NCBI GenBank assembly: GCA_963555825.3
Contig: CAUVXB020000002.1
Coordinates: forward strand, 1,408,001-1,472,000
Reading direction: 5' to 3'
DNA length: 64,000 nt
Origin: Alphaproteobacteria bacterium
Lineage (GTDB): Bacteria > Pseudomonadota > Alphaproteobacteria > JAAXGF01
Positions within the stretch are counted from its first letter, which is position 1. Each line of letters opens with the position of its first letter. Both the position numbers and the translations under genes were made by a program. The notes under the pieces were generated by a model that was given only the letters and a program-made list of their open reading frames with translations, did no database searches and was not told where the DNA came from. Of this stretch, positions 42,988 to 53,416 are shown one piece after another.

Positions 42988-43394
42988 CGCCGCGACCTCC
43001 GCCGCCCCAAAGGGCCGGACGTCTCCGTCTTGGCCTCCAGCAGTTCCACCTGCATGATCAACTCCCCGATCCGCTTCATGGCGATGTCCAGTTCCGCCTT
43101 CACCGGATCGCCCTTGCGTTCCTTGAGCGAGGCATCGATCCCGGCGATCGCCTTCTCACGCCACTGCTCGAGCCGGAAAATCTCCACGCCCAACTGCCGC
43201 GACAAAAGTTCCACCGGCTCGCCACGCAAAAGCCGCAGGGCAACCTCACGCTTGCGCGTCACCGTCCACCGCTGGCCAAGTCCCAGCGGGCCTGCCGGCG
43301 AAACCTGGCCCGGGGAAAACGTGGACGAGCCAAGCTCGCCCTCGTTTACCACAGGCCCATCAACAGCAACTTTGTTCTCAAAATTGTCGGTCAT
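42984..43394 (-). CDS. IS3-family transposase OrfA
   Basis: RWTVTRKREVALRLLRGE HTH; AAGGAGG RBS; ATGA overlap with OrfB. Confidence 0.85.
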   Translation of the reverse strand: MTDNFENKVAVDGPVVNEGELGSSTFSPGQVSPAGPLGLGQRWTVTRKREVALRLLRGEPVELLSRQLGVEIFRLEQWREKAIAGIDASLKERKGDPVKAELDIAMKRIGELIMQVELLEAKTETSGPLGRRRSRR

Positions 43395-43459
43395 GTTCCG
43401 GTCCTCCTTGGACACTTCGATTAAGCCAATTCTGTGTCCAAGGAAATCGGGTCCGACTC

Positions 43460-43732
43460 ATGGCGTTGCCGAAGGACATGCAGGCGCGTTTTCTGCGTAT
43501 CTCCGATCTTGTCGAAACTTTTGGCCCGCATCAAGTTGGAATGCCCCACGTCCGACCGCTGCGCGACAAGCTCTGGGAGATGAGGCTTACGGGCAAATCG
43601 GGCATCGGCCGCGCTATCTACGTCGCGGCGCCAGGGAGGCGGCTGGTCATCCTCCATGCCTTCGTGAAGAAGACCGAAAAGACACCGAAACGCGCGATCG
43701 ATACGGCACTCGCTCGCATGAGTACGATGTGA
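43460..43732 (+). pseudogene. RelE/ParE (Gp49/HigB-like) toxin, probably N-terminally truncated, orphan
   Basis: Motifs GMPHVRPLRDKLWEMR and VILHAFVKKTEKTP; the ATG is created by the IS end. Confidence 0.8.
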
Positions 43733-43817
43733 TCGTGAGGCGACGGGTCCCGTGTCAATTTATAGCGCGGGCCAGTTCCCAGCATTAGAATCGCAGAGGC
43801 AGAAGGAGGGCGACGCC

Positions 43818-44486
43818 ATGGGCGAGACGATCGAACTGACCGCGGTCGACGGGCATTCACTCGGCGCCTACCGGGCGACGCCGTCCGGCGCCACGGTTGG
43901 CCGGCTGGTCATCGCGCAGGAGATCTTCGGCGTCAACGGGCATATCAGGGCGGTGTGCGACGGTTTCGCCGCCGACGGCTATGCGGTCATCGCTCCCGCC
44001 CTGTTCGACCGAACCGAGCGCGGCGCCGAGCTCGGCTACGACGAGACGGGTTTCGCACGCGGCCGCGAGCTGAGCAGCCAGACCGGCAACGACAATGCCG
44101 TCTGCGACCTCGCCGCGACGCTCGACGCGGCGCGCGATGGCGCCACGATCGGCGTCGTCGGCTATTGCTGGGGCGGCGCGCTCGCCTGGCTCGTCGCCAC
44201 CCGGCTCGATGTCGATTGCGCGGTCGGCTACTACGGCGCGCGGATCATCGCCTACGTCCACGAACGGCCGCGCTGCCCGGTGATGCTGCACTACGGCGAA
44301 CGGGACGCCTCGACGCCGGCCGACGACGTGGCTCGCGTGCGCGCAGCGCATCCGGACGCGACGATCCATCTCTACCCGGCCGGCCACGGCTTCAACTGCG
44401 ACCAGCGCACCGGCGATTACCACGCCGAAAACGCCGCCATGGCCCGCGAACGCACGTTGACCTTCCTCGCCGAACACCTTGGGTGA
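43818..44486 (+). CDS. Dienelactone hydrolase family protein
   Basis: Motifs QEIFGVN, GYCWGG and AGHGFNCD; AAGGAGG RBS. Confidence 0.93.
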   Translation: MGETIELTAVDGHSLGAYRATPSGATVGRLVIAQEIFGVNGHIRAVCDGFAADGYAVIAPALFDRTERGAELGYDETGFARGRELSSQTGNDNAVCDLAATLDAARDGATIGVVGYCWGGALAWLVATRLDVDCAVGYYGARIIAYVHERPRCPVMLHYGERDASTPADDVARVRAAHPDATIHLYPAGHGFNCDQRTGDYHAENAAMARERTLTFLAEHLG

Positions 44487-44504
44487 GGCGTGGAATAAGT
44501 TTCT

Positions 44505-44611
44505 GAACCATAGAGACACAGAGACACAAAGAAGAGGAATCGAGGGCCGAAAGCGGCTCTCAATTGAACGTCTCTGTGTTGAAACTCTGTGTCTCTGTGC
44601 CTCTGTGGTTC
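44505..44611. repeat. Palindromic element with 27-bp arms made of CACAGAG units
   Basis: GAACCATAGAGACACAGAGACACAAAG ... CTCTGTGTCTCTGTGCCTCTGTGGTTC; arms are 24/27 complementary. Confidence 0.9.
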
Positions 44612-44615
44612 GAAT

Positions 44616-45467
44616 TTAACCGCTGGTGAACTCGACGATAACGCCGCAGGCCTCGTCCGGCGGCACGACGAGGGCGCTTCCGGGGTTGGCTGCGACAGCG
44701 ACGCCGTTTGCCCCGATGACGCGCGCGGCCTCGGCGACATCCGCGACCACCACGGTCATGCCGGCGATGTAAGGCGGCGCGGGCGCGTCGTCCAAATCCA
44801 ACTCGGGGTACAAGTCGGCGAGGTCGCCGGGGCGCACGAAGAGCAGTGCGGCGCGGCCGACGCGCACGGTCAGCATCTCGTCGGTCGGCGTGATCGCGCC
44901 GGCCCCGAGCAGGCCGGCGTAGGCCCGGGCCAAGGCCGGCGGGTCTTCGACCACGACGGTGATCGCGCGCAGGCCGGTGGCGCCGTTCGGGTGCGCCAGC
45001 CATGCCGGCCGGCGCACCATCTCGGGCGTCAGGTGCCGGCAGATGAAGGCTGTCAGCTGCGGCGTCGCATCGGGCGGCAGGTGGACCAGCTTGAAGCGCG
45101 GCTGCACGGTGCCCTCGGGCAGTTCCAGGTTGCGCGCCAAGTCCCTGGGCGGCGCGGCCGCGATGCCGGCGGCGTGAAGCGCGGCATAGCCGCCGTCGTC
45201 ATCGTCGCTCGCCAGGGCGATGCCCTTGAGGCCCTCGCGGCGCTCGAGAAAACTGTCGAGGCCGTTGGTTTCCTTGGTCCGATCGACAACGCCGATCAGC
45301 TCGACGTAGTCATCCGGAAACATGATGCAGTAGTTCGCCGTGCCCCAACCGATGTGGCTGCCGCGCGGCGTGCAGGTGAAGCCGAGCCGCCGGTACCCCT
45401 CGCGCGCGGCCTCGAGATCGCGCACGCCGACCAGAAGATGGTCGATACCGGTGATCGGCGGGCTCAT
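44616..45467 (-). CDS. VOC/glyoxalase-like protein
   Basis: Motifs GIDHLLVGVRDLE, GTANYCIMF..YVEL and HPNGA; ATGA overlap with mtnA. Confidence 0.85.
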   Translation of the reverse strand: MSPPITGIDHLLVGVRDLEAAREGYRRLGFTCTPRGSHIGWGTANYCIMFPDDYVELIGVVDRTKETNGLDSFLERREGLKGIALASDDDDGGYAALHAAGIAAAPPRDLARNLELPEGTVQPRFKLVHLPPDATPQLTAFICRHLTPEMVRRPAWLAHPNGATGLRAITVVVEDPPALARAYAGLLGAGAITPTDEMLTVRVGRAALLFVRPGDLADLYPELDLDDAPAPPYIAGMTVVVADVAEAARVIGANGVAVAANPGSALVVPPDEACGVIVEFTSG

Positions 45468-46573
45468 CGGCCGGCCGCCTCGGCCGCGCGTTCGGGATAG
45501 AGGCCCAAGAGCCCCTCGCGCGAGGCGGCGCAGACGCCGCGCTCGGTGATCAGCCCGCTGACCAGCCGCGCCGGCGTCACGTCGAAGCCGACGTTGAACG
45601 CGGTGCTCGCCTCGGGCATGACGCTGACCGTGGCCAGCGCGCCGGTCGCCGTGCGCCCGGTGACTTGCGCGACCTCGGCCGGGTCGCGCTCCTCGATCGG
45701 GATGTCGGCGCCGTCGGCGATCGACCAGTCGATCGTCGTGTGCGGCAGCGCGACGTAGAACGGCACCCCGTTGTCGTGCGCCGCGAGCGCCTTCAGATAG
45801 GTGCCGATCTTGTTGCACACGTCGCCCGCAGCGGTCGTCCGGTCGGTGCCGGTAACGCACAGATCGACCCGGCCGCGCTGCATCAGATGGCCGCCGGCGC
45901 TATCGACGATGACGCTGTGCGGCACGCCGTGCTGGGCCAGCTCCCAGGCGGTCAGCCCGGCGCCCTGGTTGCGCGGCCGCGTCTCGTCGACCCAGACGTG
46001 GAGCGGCACGCCGCGTTCGTGCGCGACATAGACGCAGGCGAGCGCGGTGCCCCAGTCGATCGCGGCCAGCCAGCCGGCGTTGCAGTGGGTCAGCAAGTCG
46101 ACCGGGGCCGACCGGCCGCCGCGCTGCCAGATTTCGGCGATCAAGCCGGCGCCGTGCTCGCCGATGGCGCGGCTGGCGGCGACGTCCTCGTCGCAGATCG
46201 CCCGCGCCCGGGCATAGGCCGCGGCTGCGCGCTCTGTGGCTGGCAGGGGCCTCAGCCGCGCCGCCATGTCGTCGAGTGCCCAGCGCAGATTGACCGCCGT
46301 CGGCCGGGTCGCGAACAGCCGCGCGTAGGCGTCGTCGAGACGCGTGTCCGAGGCGTCGTCGGCCATCGCGAGCGCCATGCCATAGGCCGCCGTCGCGCCT
46401 ATCAGCGGCGCGCCGCGCACGCGCATCACACCGATCGCCTCGCAAGCGTCATCCAGGGTCTCGAGGCGGCGCGTCTCGAAGCGATGCGGTAGCAGGGTCT
46501 GGTCGATGATCTGGACGGCGCGGCCGTCTTCGGCGAGCCAGATGCTGCGGTAAGGGTGTCCGTCGACCAGCAT
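45464..46573 (-). CDS. mtnA: S-methyl-5-thioribose-1-phosphate isomerase
   Basis: Motifs VRGAPLIG, RPTAVNL, THCNAG, DETRP and NKIGTY. Confidence 0.96.
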   Translation of the reverse strand: MLVDGHPYRSIWLAEDGRAVQIIDQTLLPHRFETRRLETLDDACEAIGVMRVRGAPLIGATAAYGMALAMADDASDTRLDDAYARLFATRPTAVNLRWALDDMAARLRPLPATERAAAAYARARAICDEDVAASRAIGEHGAGLIAEIWQRGGRSAPVDLLTHCNAGWLAAIDWGTALACVYVAHERGVPLHVWVDETRPRNQGAGLTAWELAQHGVPHSVIVDSAGGHLMQRGRVDLCVTGTDRTTAAGDVCNKIGTYLKALAAHDNGVPFYVALPHTTIDWSIADGADIPIEERDPAEVAQVTGRTATGALATVSVMPEASTAFNVGFDVTPARLVSGLITERGVCAASREGLLGLYPERAAEAAGR

Positions 46574-46595
46574 GATCCGCGTCGGCCCGACGCCG

Positions 46596-47123
46596 TCAGT
46601 CGCCTTCGAAGACGCAGAGCGCCGCGATCGAATGGCCGAGCGCCTTGAGCCGGCCGCGCCCGCCGAGGTCGGGCAGTTCGATGACGAAGCTGCAGCCGAC
46701 CACCACGCCGCCGGCGGCCTCGACCAGTCGGATCGCCGCCTCGGCGGTGCCGCCGGTGGCGATCAGGTCGTCGATGACCAGCACTTGATCGCCCCGGGCA
46801 ATCGCGTCGGTGTGGATCTCGAGCCGGTCGACGCCGTATTCAAGCGCGTAGTCCTGGCCGATTGTGGCCCAAGGCAGCTTGCCCTTCTTACGCATCGGCA
46901 CGAAGCCGGTCGAGAGCTGGTGGGCCACCGCGCCGCCCAGGATAAAACCGCGCGCCTCGATACCCGCCACCTTGTCGATGCGCCGCCCGGCGTAGGGTTG
47001 GACCAGCTCGTCGACCGCCTTGCGGAAGCCGGCCGGATCCATCAGCAGCGTCGTGATGTCGCGAAACATCACGCCCTTTTCGGGGTAATCGGGGATCGTG
47101 CGGACGAGCGACTTGTAGGGCAT
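46596..47123 (-). CDS. apt: Adenine phosphoribosyltransferase
   Basis: Motifs [19 protein letters not shown] and DDLIATGGT. Confidence 0.97.
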   Translation of the reverse strand: MPYKSLVRTIPDYPEKGVMFRDITTLLMDPAGFRKAVDELVQPYAGRRIDKVAGIEARGFILGGAVAHQLSTGFVPMRKKGKLPWATIGQDYALEYGVDRLEIHTDAIARGDQVLVIDDLIATGGTAEAAIRLVEAAGGVVVGCSFVIELPDLGGRGRLKALGHSIAALCVFEGD

Positions 47124-47141
47124 GACCGGCGCGCCTCCCGT

Positions 47142-48029
47142 TCAGCGGCCGAGCACGCGGCCGGCGACCGCGTCGAGGCGGGCGAGCGCTTCCGGGTCGC
47201 GCGCGTCGGGCGCCGTGATGATGGCGTGATCGAGCGCCGTCTGGCAGCCGCCGGCGCAGGGTCCGGCGTGATCGGCGAGCCGCGGCGCGAGGTCGCCGAT
47301 CAGGCCGCGCGCGGCCTGGGCGTTGGCCTGGATGACAGCGATCACGGTCTCGACGGTGACTGCGTCGTGGTCCGGGTGCCAGCAGTCGTAATCGGTCACC
47401 ATGGCGATGGTGGCGTAGCACATCTCGGCCTCGCGGGCGAGCTTGGCCTCGGGCATGTTGGTCATACCGATGACGTCGCAGCCCCACGACCGGTAGAGCT
47501 CGGACTCGCCGAGCGTCGAGAACTGCGGCCCCTCCATCACCAGATAGGTGCCGCCGCGCGTTGCAGGGATGCCGCGCGCCTCGGCGGCGGCGGCGATGTG
47601 GTCGCCGAGCCGGGCGCAGACCGGATGCGCCATCGAGACATGGGCGGCGACGCCGACGCCGAAGAAGGTCTTGGCGCGCGCGAAGGTACGGTCGATGAAC
47701 TGGTCGACGATGACGAAGCTGCCCGGCGCCAGATCCTCGCGCAGCGAGCCGACCGCCGAGATCGAGATCACGTCGGTGACGCCGGCGCGTTTGAGCGCGT
47801 CGATATTGGCGCGGTAGTCGATCTCGCCCGGCAGCAGGCGGTGGCCGCGGCCGTGGCGCGGCAGGAAGACCAGCGGCTGGCCGTCGAGCGCGCCGAACAG
47901 CAGCGCATCGGACGGCGCGCCGAACGGCGAGCCGATCTCGACCCAGCGCTTCTCCACGAGCCCGTCGATGTCATAGATGCCGCTGCCGCCGATGACGCCG
48001 ACGAGCGGCTTGGTTCCGGCGCTGGCCAT
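47142..48029 (-). CDS. mtnP: S-methyl-5'-thioadenosine phosphorylase
   Basis: Motifs IGGSG, PRHGRGH, EGPQFST, GMTNMPEAKLARE and VTDYDCW. Confidence 0.95.
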   Translation of the reverse strand: MASAGTKPLVGVIGGSGIYDIDGLVEKRWVEIGSPFGAPSDALLFGALDGQPLVFLPRHGRGHRLLPGEIDYRANIDALKRAGVTDVISISAVGSLREDLAPGSFVIVDQFIDRTFARAKTFFGVGVAAHVSMAHPVCARLGDHIAAAAEARGIPATRGGTYLVMEGPQFSTLGESELYRSWGCDVIGMTNMPEAKLAREAEMCYATIAMVTDYDCWHPDHDAVTVETVIAVIQANAQAARGLIGDLAPRLADHAGPCAGGCQTALDHAIITAPDARDPEALARLDAVAGRVLGR

Positions 48030-48069
48030 GCCGATGGCGCCTCTCGTGGCGGTGGCGCTGCGTGGCGGC

Positions 48070-48843
48070 CTAGTGGGTGTCGGCCCAGACCTTGCGTTTG
48101 GAGGCGTAGAACAGGGCGGTCAACACGATCAGGAACAGGATCGACTTTATGCCGATGCGCTTGCTGGCGTCCTGGTGCGGCTCGGCGACCCAGGCGAGGA
48201 AGTGGGTGACGTCGGCTGCCATCTGCTCGACGCTCGCCTCCGTGCCGTCGACGTACTCGACCCCATCCTCGAACAAGGGCGGCGGCATGGCGATCTGATT
48301 GCCGGCGAAGTAATGGTTGTAGTTCATGCCGTCGGCCAGCTCGAAGCCCTCGGGCGCCTCCTCCTCGTAACCGGTCATCAGCGCGAACAGGTAATCAGGG
48401 CCGTGCATGCGCGCCTTGGTGATGAGCGAGAGATCGGGCGGCAGGGCGCCGTTGTTGCTGGCCCGCGCCGCGTTGTCGTTGGCGAAGGGCGACGGGAAAT
48501 AATCCGACAAAATTGCCGGCCGCGTGAACATCTCGCCATCCGCGTCGGGGCCGTCCTCGACCTCGACCTCGGCGGCCTTCGCCTTGGCCTGGTCCTCGGT
48601 GGACTCGGCGTCGAGGAGGTTGCGGAAGGCGAAATATTTGAGGCCGTGGCAGCTCGCGCAGACTTCGGTATAGACCTGGAAGCCGCGCTGAATGGATGCC
48701 ATGTCATAGCGCCCGAAGACACCGTCGAACGACCAGCTCTGCTGCGGCAGTGCGGCCCCCTCGGCCGCGGCGGCTGGCGCCCGCGGCGCGATCAGGCCGA
48801 GGCCCAGAATGGCGGCGCAGGCCGCGATGGCAATGCTACGCAT
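48070..48843 (-). CDS. petC: Cytochrome c1
   Basis: CASCH heme motif, PPDLS, C-terminal TM. Confidence 0.96.
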   Translation of the reverse strand: MRSIAIAACAAILGLGLIAPRAPAAAAEGAALPQQSWSFDGVFGRYDMASIQRGFQVYTEVCASCHGLKYFAFRNLLDAESTEDQAKAKAAEVEVEDGPDADGEMFTRPAILSDYFPSPFANDNAARASNNGALPPDLSLITKARMHGPDYLFALMTGYEEEAPEGFELADGMNYNHYFAGNQIAMPPPLFEDGVEYVDGTEASVEQMAADVTHFLAWVAEPHQDASKRIGIKSILFLIVLTALFYASKRKVWADTH

Positions 48844-50153
48844 CACGCCTTCTCCATCTTCTGTGCCGCCGCGCCGCCGGGCGCCGGGCCGCCGCCCTTC
48901 AATACCGAGCCCGCGATGCTGTCGGGCAGCGGCTTGGTCCGCTCCAGCTTGCCGATCAGCGGCATGACGACGATGAAGTGTGCGAAATAGTACAACGTCC
49001 CCACCTTGCCAACATGCAGGAAGGTGATGGCAAAATCCTCCCCGACCTGCCACACGATGCCGTCGGGCGCGTTGGCGCCGACCCAGCCGAGCACGATGGC
49101 GTCGATCACGAAGAGCCAGAAGACCTGCTTGTAAATCGGCCGGAATTTTGCCGAGCGCACGCGCGAGGTATCGAGCCACGGCACGACGAACAGGATCAGG
49201 ATCGAGCCGAACATCAGCCCGACGCCGATCAGCTTTGCCGGAATGAACCAGATGTCGAAGTCGGCCGCGCGCAGGATCGCGTAGTAGGGCAGGAAGTACC
49301 ACTCGGGCACGATATGCGGCGGCGTGACCAGCGAGTTCGCCGGGATGTAGTTGTCGGGGTGGCCCAGGTAGTTGGGCGCGAAGAACACGAAGCCGGCCAT
49401 CACGAGCAGGAAGATGCCGAGACCGAACATATCCTTGATCGTGTAGTAGGGATGGAAGGGCAGCGTGTCCTGCGGCCCCTTGATGTCGATGCCCAGCGGG
49501 TTGCTCGATTTGTGCACGTGCAGCGCCCAGAGGTGGACGACGACGACGCCGACGATCGCGAAGGGTAGCAGATAGTGGAAGCTGAAAAACCGATTGAGCG
49601 TCGGGTTGCCGACGACGAAGCCGCCCCACAACCACTGGGTTATATCCTCGCCGATCCAGGGGATCGCCGTGAACATGGTGGTGATCACGGTGGCCGCCCA
49701 ATAGCTCATCTGGCCCCACGGCAAGACGTAGCCCGTGAAGGCGGTCGCCATCATCAGAAGCAGGATGACGATGCCCATCCACCAGAGGATTTCACGCGGG
49801 CTCTTGTACGAGCCATAGTAGAGGCCGCGCAGAATGTGAATGTAGACGACCAGGAAGAACATCGAGGCGCCGTTGGCGTGGGCGTAACGCAGCAGCCAGC
49901 CGTAATTGACGTCGCGCATGATGTGTTCGACGCTGTCGAACGCCATATCGACATGCGGCGTGTAGTGCGTCGCCAGGACGATGCCGGTGACCAGTTGCAG
50001 CGTCAGCACGATGCCGGCGAGCGAGCCGAAGTTCCACCAGTAGTTCAGGTTGCGCGGCGTCGGATAGGTGCCGACGCTGTGGTCGATAAAACTGAAGATC
50101 GGTAGCCGGTATTCGACCCACTGGACGATCGGGTTCTGCATGAACTTGTTCAT
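48843..50153 (-). CDS. petB: Cytochrome b
   Basis: Motifs [22 protein letters not shown] and PEWY. Confidence 0.98.
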   Translation of the reverse strand: MNKFMQNPIVQWVEYRLPIFSFIDHSVGTYPTPRNLNYWWNFGSLAGIVLTLQLVTGIVLATHYTPHVDMAFDSVEHIMRDVNYGWLLRYAHANGASMFFLVVYIHILRGLYYGSYKSPREILWWMGIVILLLMMATAFTGYVLPWGQMSYWAATVITTMFTAIPWIGEDITQWLWGGFVVGNPTLNRFFSFHYLLPFAIVGVVVVHLWALHVHKSSNPLGIDIKGPQDTLPFHPYYTIKDMFGLGIFLLVMAGFVFFAPNYLGHPDNYIPANSLVTPPHIVPEWYFLPYYAILRAADFDIWFIPAKLIGVGLMFGSILILFVVPWLDTSRVRSAKFRPIYKQVFWLFVIDAIVLGWVGANAPDGIVWQVGEDFAITFLHVGKVGTLYYFAHFIVVMPLIGKLERTKPLPDSIAGSVLKGGGPAPGGAAAQKMEKA

Positions 50154-50161
50154 GGTGCGCC

Positions 50162-50710
50162 TCAGCCGATCTTGATGGTGGTGTCGTCGAGGTAGACGTA
50201 GGGCGGCACCTGCAGGTTCTTCGGCGCCGGGCCGATCCGGATGCGCCCCGCGGTGTCGTAGTGCGAACCGTGGCAGGGGCAGAACCAGCCGCCAAAATTA
50301 CCCTTCGGCTCGCCTGAACGCTGGCCCAGCGGGATGCAACCGAGATGGGTGCAGACGCCGACCAGGACCAGCCATTCGGGCTTCTCGGCGCGCGCGGCGT
50401 CGTCTTCGGGATCGCGCAAGTCGTTGACATCGACGCCTTGCGCGGCCGCGATCTCGTCCGCGGTGCGGCGACGGATGAACACCGGCTTGCCCTGCCACAC
50501 CACGGTGATGCTCTGGCCGACCTCGATCGGCGAGAGATCGACCTCGGTTGATGACAGCGCTAGAACGTCGGCCGCCGGTCTCAGGTTATCAGCCAGCGGC
50601 CAGGCGACGGCCGCCGCGCCGGCAATGGTCATCGCGCCGGTAGCGAGGTACAGAAAGTCGCGCCGCGACTCGTCGTCGCCGTGGTCGGCGGCGGGCGTTG
50701 TTTCAGCCAT
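50162..50710 (-). CDS. petA: Rieske iron-sulfur subunit
   Basis: Tat motif SRRDFL; CTHLGC and CPCHGS. Confidence 0.98.
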   Translation of the reverse strand: MAETTPAADHGDDESRRDFLYLATGAMTIAGAAAVAWPLADNLRPAADVLALSSTEVDLSPIEVGQSITVVWQGKPVFIRRRTADEIAAAQGVDVNDLRDPEDDAARAEKPEWLVLVGVCTHLGCIPLGQRSGEPKGNFGGWFCPCHGSHYDTAGRIRIGPAPKNLQVPPYVYLDDTTIKIG

Positions 50711-50890
50711 GCTTCTGTCTCCCCCTCGTCGCGCGGAATGCGGCCATTGTTCCCATCAATGTATCGCCGTGTCTAGGCCTTCCCGCGCGCTGCGCTATGA
50801 TGGCGCGGCGCGGCGCCCGCCACGGCGGCTCCCGCCTACGGGTATAGCCCAAAAGTTCATGGTGACGAAAGGCCGGAAGCCGGAAAATCG

Positions 50891-51364
50891 ATGCGTCTCG
50901 CGCTTTATCAACCCGATATTCCACAAAACGCCGGCAATTTGCTGCGCACGGCGGCCTGCCTCGACGTCGCGGTCGATATCATCGAGCCCTGCGGCTTCGT
51001 GCTCGACGACCGCGCGTTTCGCCGCGCCGGGCTCGATTATCTCGCGGGAGTGGCGCTCACCCGGCACGTTTCGTGGGACGATTTCATGGCCCGGCGCCGG
51101 GCATCGGCGGCGCCCGGCCGTCTCATCCTGTTGACGACCAAGGCATCGACGCCCTATACGCGGTTCGCGTTCCGCGCCGACGATTGCCTGCTACTCGGGC
51201 GCGAGAGCGCCGGCGCGCCCGACGCGGTGCACGCCGCGGCCGACGCCCGCGTCGTCATCCCGATGGCGGCCGGGCGACGTTCGCTCAACGTCGCCGTCGC
51301 CGGCGCGGTCGTGCTGGCCGAGGCGCTGCGCCAGACCGATGGGCTACCAGGGGAGACGCCATGA
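50891..51364 (+). CDS. trmL: tRNA (cytidine/uridine-34 2'-O)-methyltransferase
   Basis: Motifs [23 protein letters not shown] and RSLNVA. Confidence 0.92.
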   Translation: MRLALYQPDIPQNAGNLLRTAACLDVAVDIIEPCGFVLDDRAFRRAGLDYLAGVALTRHVSWDDFMARRRASAAPGRLILLTTKASTPYTRFAFRADDCLLLGRESAGAPDAVHAAADARVVIPMAAGRRSLNVAVAGAVVLAEALRQTDGLPGETP

Positions 51365-52206
51365 CCGACGCGACAGAGGACCGCAAGGCCGCCGCCGAAG
51401 CCTGGTTCAAGGATTTGCGCGACCGCATCTGCGCCGCTTTCGAGGCGCTCGAGGATGCGCTTGAGGGCGACGAGCGGCCGGCCGGCCGTTTCGCGCGCAG
51501 CGAATGGCAACGCCCGGGCGGCGGCGGCGGGGTCATGTCGGTGATGCGCGGCCGCGTCTTCGAGAAGGTCGGCGTCAACGTCTCGACGGTTTCGGGCGAC
51601 TTCGACGAGAAGTTTCGCGGCCAGGTCCCGGGCACCGAGGCGAGCGCGGCGTTCTGGGCCGGTGGTATTTCGCTGGTCGCCCATCCGTGCTCGCCCAAGG
51701 TGCCCGCGGTGCACATGAACACGCGCCATATCGTCACCGGCAAGGCCTGGTTCGGCGGCGGCGCCGATCTCACGCCGATGGTGCCCGACGCGGCCGATAC
51801 CGCCGATTTCCACGCCGCGCTAAAGGCCGCCTGCGATGCCCACGACCCGGATTACCACCCGCGCTTCAAGGCCTGGGCCGACGAGTATTTCCACCTCAAG
51901 CACCGCGATGAGCCGCGCGGCGTTGGCGGCATCTTCTACGACTACGTCGACAGCGGCGACTGGGACGCCGACTTCGCCTTCACGCGCGACGTCGGCGAGG
52001 CCTTCTTACGGGTCTACCCACGGCTCGTCGCGCGCAACATGAACCAGAGCTGGACGGCCGAGGAGCGCGCCCACCAACTGGTGCGGCGCGGCCGCTACGT
52101 CGAGTTCAACCTGCTGTACGACCGCGGCACGCGCTTCGGCCTCGAGACCGGCGGCAACACGGAAGCGATCCTGATGTCCCTGCCGCCCGAGGTGACATGG
52201 CCATGA
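51361..52206 (+). CDS. hemF: Oxygen-dependent coproporphyrinogen III oxidase
   Basis: Motifs [23 protein letters not shown] and [10 protein letters not shown]. Confidence 0.96.
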   Translation: MTDATEDRKAAAEAWFKDLRDRICAAFEALEDALEGDERPAGRFARSEWQRPGGGGGVMSVMRGRVFEKVGVNVSTVSGDFDEKFRGQVPGTEASAAFWAGGISLVAHPCSPKVPAVHMNTRHIVTGKAWFGGGADLTPMVPDAADTADFHAALKAACDAHDPDYHPRFKAWADEYFHLKHRDEPRGVGGIFYDYVDSGDWDADFAFTRDVGEAFLRVYPRLVARNMNQSWTAEERAHQLVRRGRYVEFNLLYDRGTRFGLETGGNTEAILMSLPPEVTWP

Positions 52207-52868
52207 CCGACGCAGACCTCGTCACCATCCCGGCGGGCCGCGGCGCGGCGGCGCGGCTGCGCGCCGGCCAGCACGTCCGCGTGATCAATACGCGCGGCAC
52301 GCAATGCGTCGATACCTGGGCCTTCGTCGCCGACGACGTTTCGGAGTTCCTCTCGATGGAGCACAGCCGCTCGAACCTCGAGAAGATCCATTTCGAGACC
52401 GGCGACGTGCTCGCGACCAACCGCTACGCGCCGCTCCTCGAGATCGTCGCCGACACCTCGCCGGGCGGCCACGACACGTTGATCGCCGCCTGCTCGGAGG
52501 AGATGTATACGCGCGCCGGCCGCCCCGCCGGCCACGCCAATTGCGCCGACAACCTGCGTGCCGCGTTCGCCGTGCTCGGCGTCGACGCCGGGCGGACGCC
52601 GGCGCCGTGGAATCTGTTCATGCTGGCGCCGGTCGAGGCCGGCGGCGCGATCCGCTTCACCCGGCCGACCAGCGCGCCGGGCGACTACGTCGAACTCGCC
52701 GCGCTGCGCGACGCGATCGTCGCATTCTCGGCCTGCCCCGACGACGTCTATCTCACCAACGGCGGCGACGGCACGCCGACCGACGCCCACTTCGCGGTGT
52801 TCGATCCAGCGCGGCCAAGTTACAGTGCGGGCACGGACCGACCCGACAGAGGAGTGACATCATGGTGA
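52203..52868 (+). CDS. DUF1989 / urea carboxylase-associated family protein
   Basis: Motifs [24 protein letters not shown] and FSACP. Confidence 0.88.
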   Translation: MTDADLVTIPAGRGAAARLRAGQHVRVINTRGTQCVDTWAFVADDVSEFLSMEHSRSNLEKIHFETGDVLATNRYAPLLEIVADTSPGGHDTLIAACSEEMYTRAGRPAGHANCADNLRAAFAVLGVDAGRTPAPWNLFMLAPVEAGGAIRFTRPTSAPGDYVELAALRDAIVAFSACPDDVYLTNGGDGTPTDAHFAVFDPARPSYSAGTDRPDRGVTSW

Positions 52869-53407
52869 GGCGTTTCCTGGCAGGGATCCTGATGCTCGCC
52901 GCTTTCGAGATTTCCACCCCGGTGGCGCGGGCCGCCGATCTGTCGATCAACGCCTTCGCCGGGCGCTATGTCGGCAGCGGGCTGGCGCGCGACGACGTCA
53001 GCGAATACTTCGACCTCACCGTGCGCGACCTCGACGTCACGATCACGCCCCAGGGCGCCGGCTTCAACGTCGCCTGGACCACCGTGCTGAGCGAAGGCGG
53101 CGATCCCGACAACCCGAAGGTCAAGCGCAAATCGTCGTCGATCGGCTTCGTGCCGGCCGGCCGGCCGGGCCTCTTCCGCGGCGCCCCGTCGGTCGATCCC
53201 CTGAGCGGTTCGGCCTATGCCTGGGCATACATCAAGGGCCAGACCCTGACCGTGCATTCGCTGGTCATCGACGAGACCGGCTCCTACACCATGCACAGCT
53301 ACGACCGCACGCTGACCGGCCTCGGCATGGAGCTCGAGTTCACCCGCGTGCGCGACGGCGAACCGACCAAGACCGTCACCGGCAAACTGACCAAGGCGTC
53401 CCAGTAG
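52862..53407 (+). CDS. Hypothetical secreted beta-rich protein
   Basis: Signal peptide ending ARA; AGGAG RBS; high-GC3 codon pattern. Confidence 0.75.
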   Translation: MVRRFLAGILMLAAFEISTPVARAADLSINAFAGRYVGSGLARDDVSEYFDLTVRDLDVTITPQGAGFNVAWTTVLSEGGDPDNPKVKRKSSSIGFVPAGRPGLFRGAPSVDPLSGSAYAWAYIKGQTLTVHSLVIDETGSYTMHSYDRTLTGLGMELEFTRVRDGEPTKTVTGKLTKASQ

Positions 53408-53416
53408 GCCGGCGGT

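Larger units (their letters stand above)
42041..43460 (-). mobile_element. Second IS3-family element, without target duplication
   Basis: IRs TGTATCGCACCCGGTTCCTTGGACACA and TGAGTCGGACCCGATTTCCTTGGACACA; TG...CA ends. Confidence 0.88.

Noticed and set aside
44505-44611. CRISPR-like or simple VNTR reading of the CACAGAG units
   Set aside because: Units are 8 bp, inverted between the arms, with no unique spacers and no cas genes
50720-50770. RegA/FNR-like sites upstream of petA
   Set aside because: Only half-site or degenerate matches in GC-rich DNA
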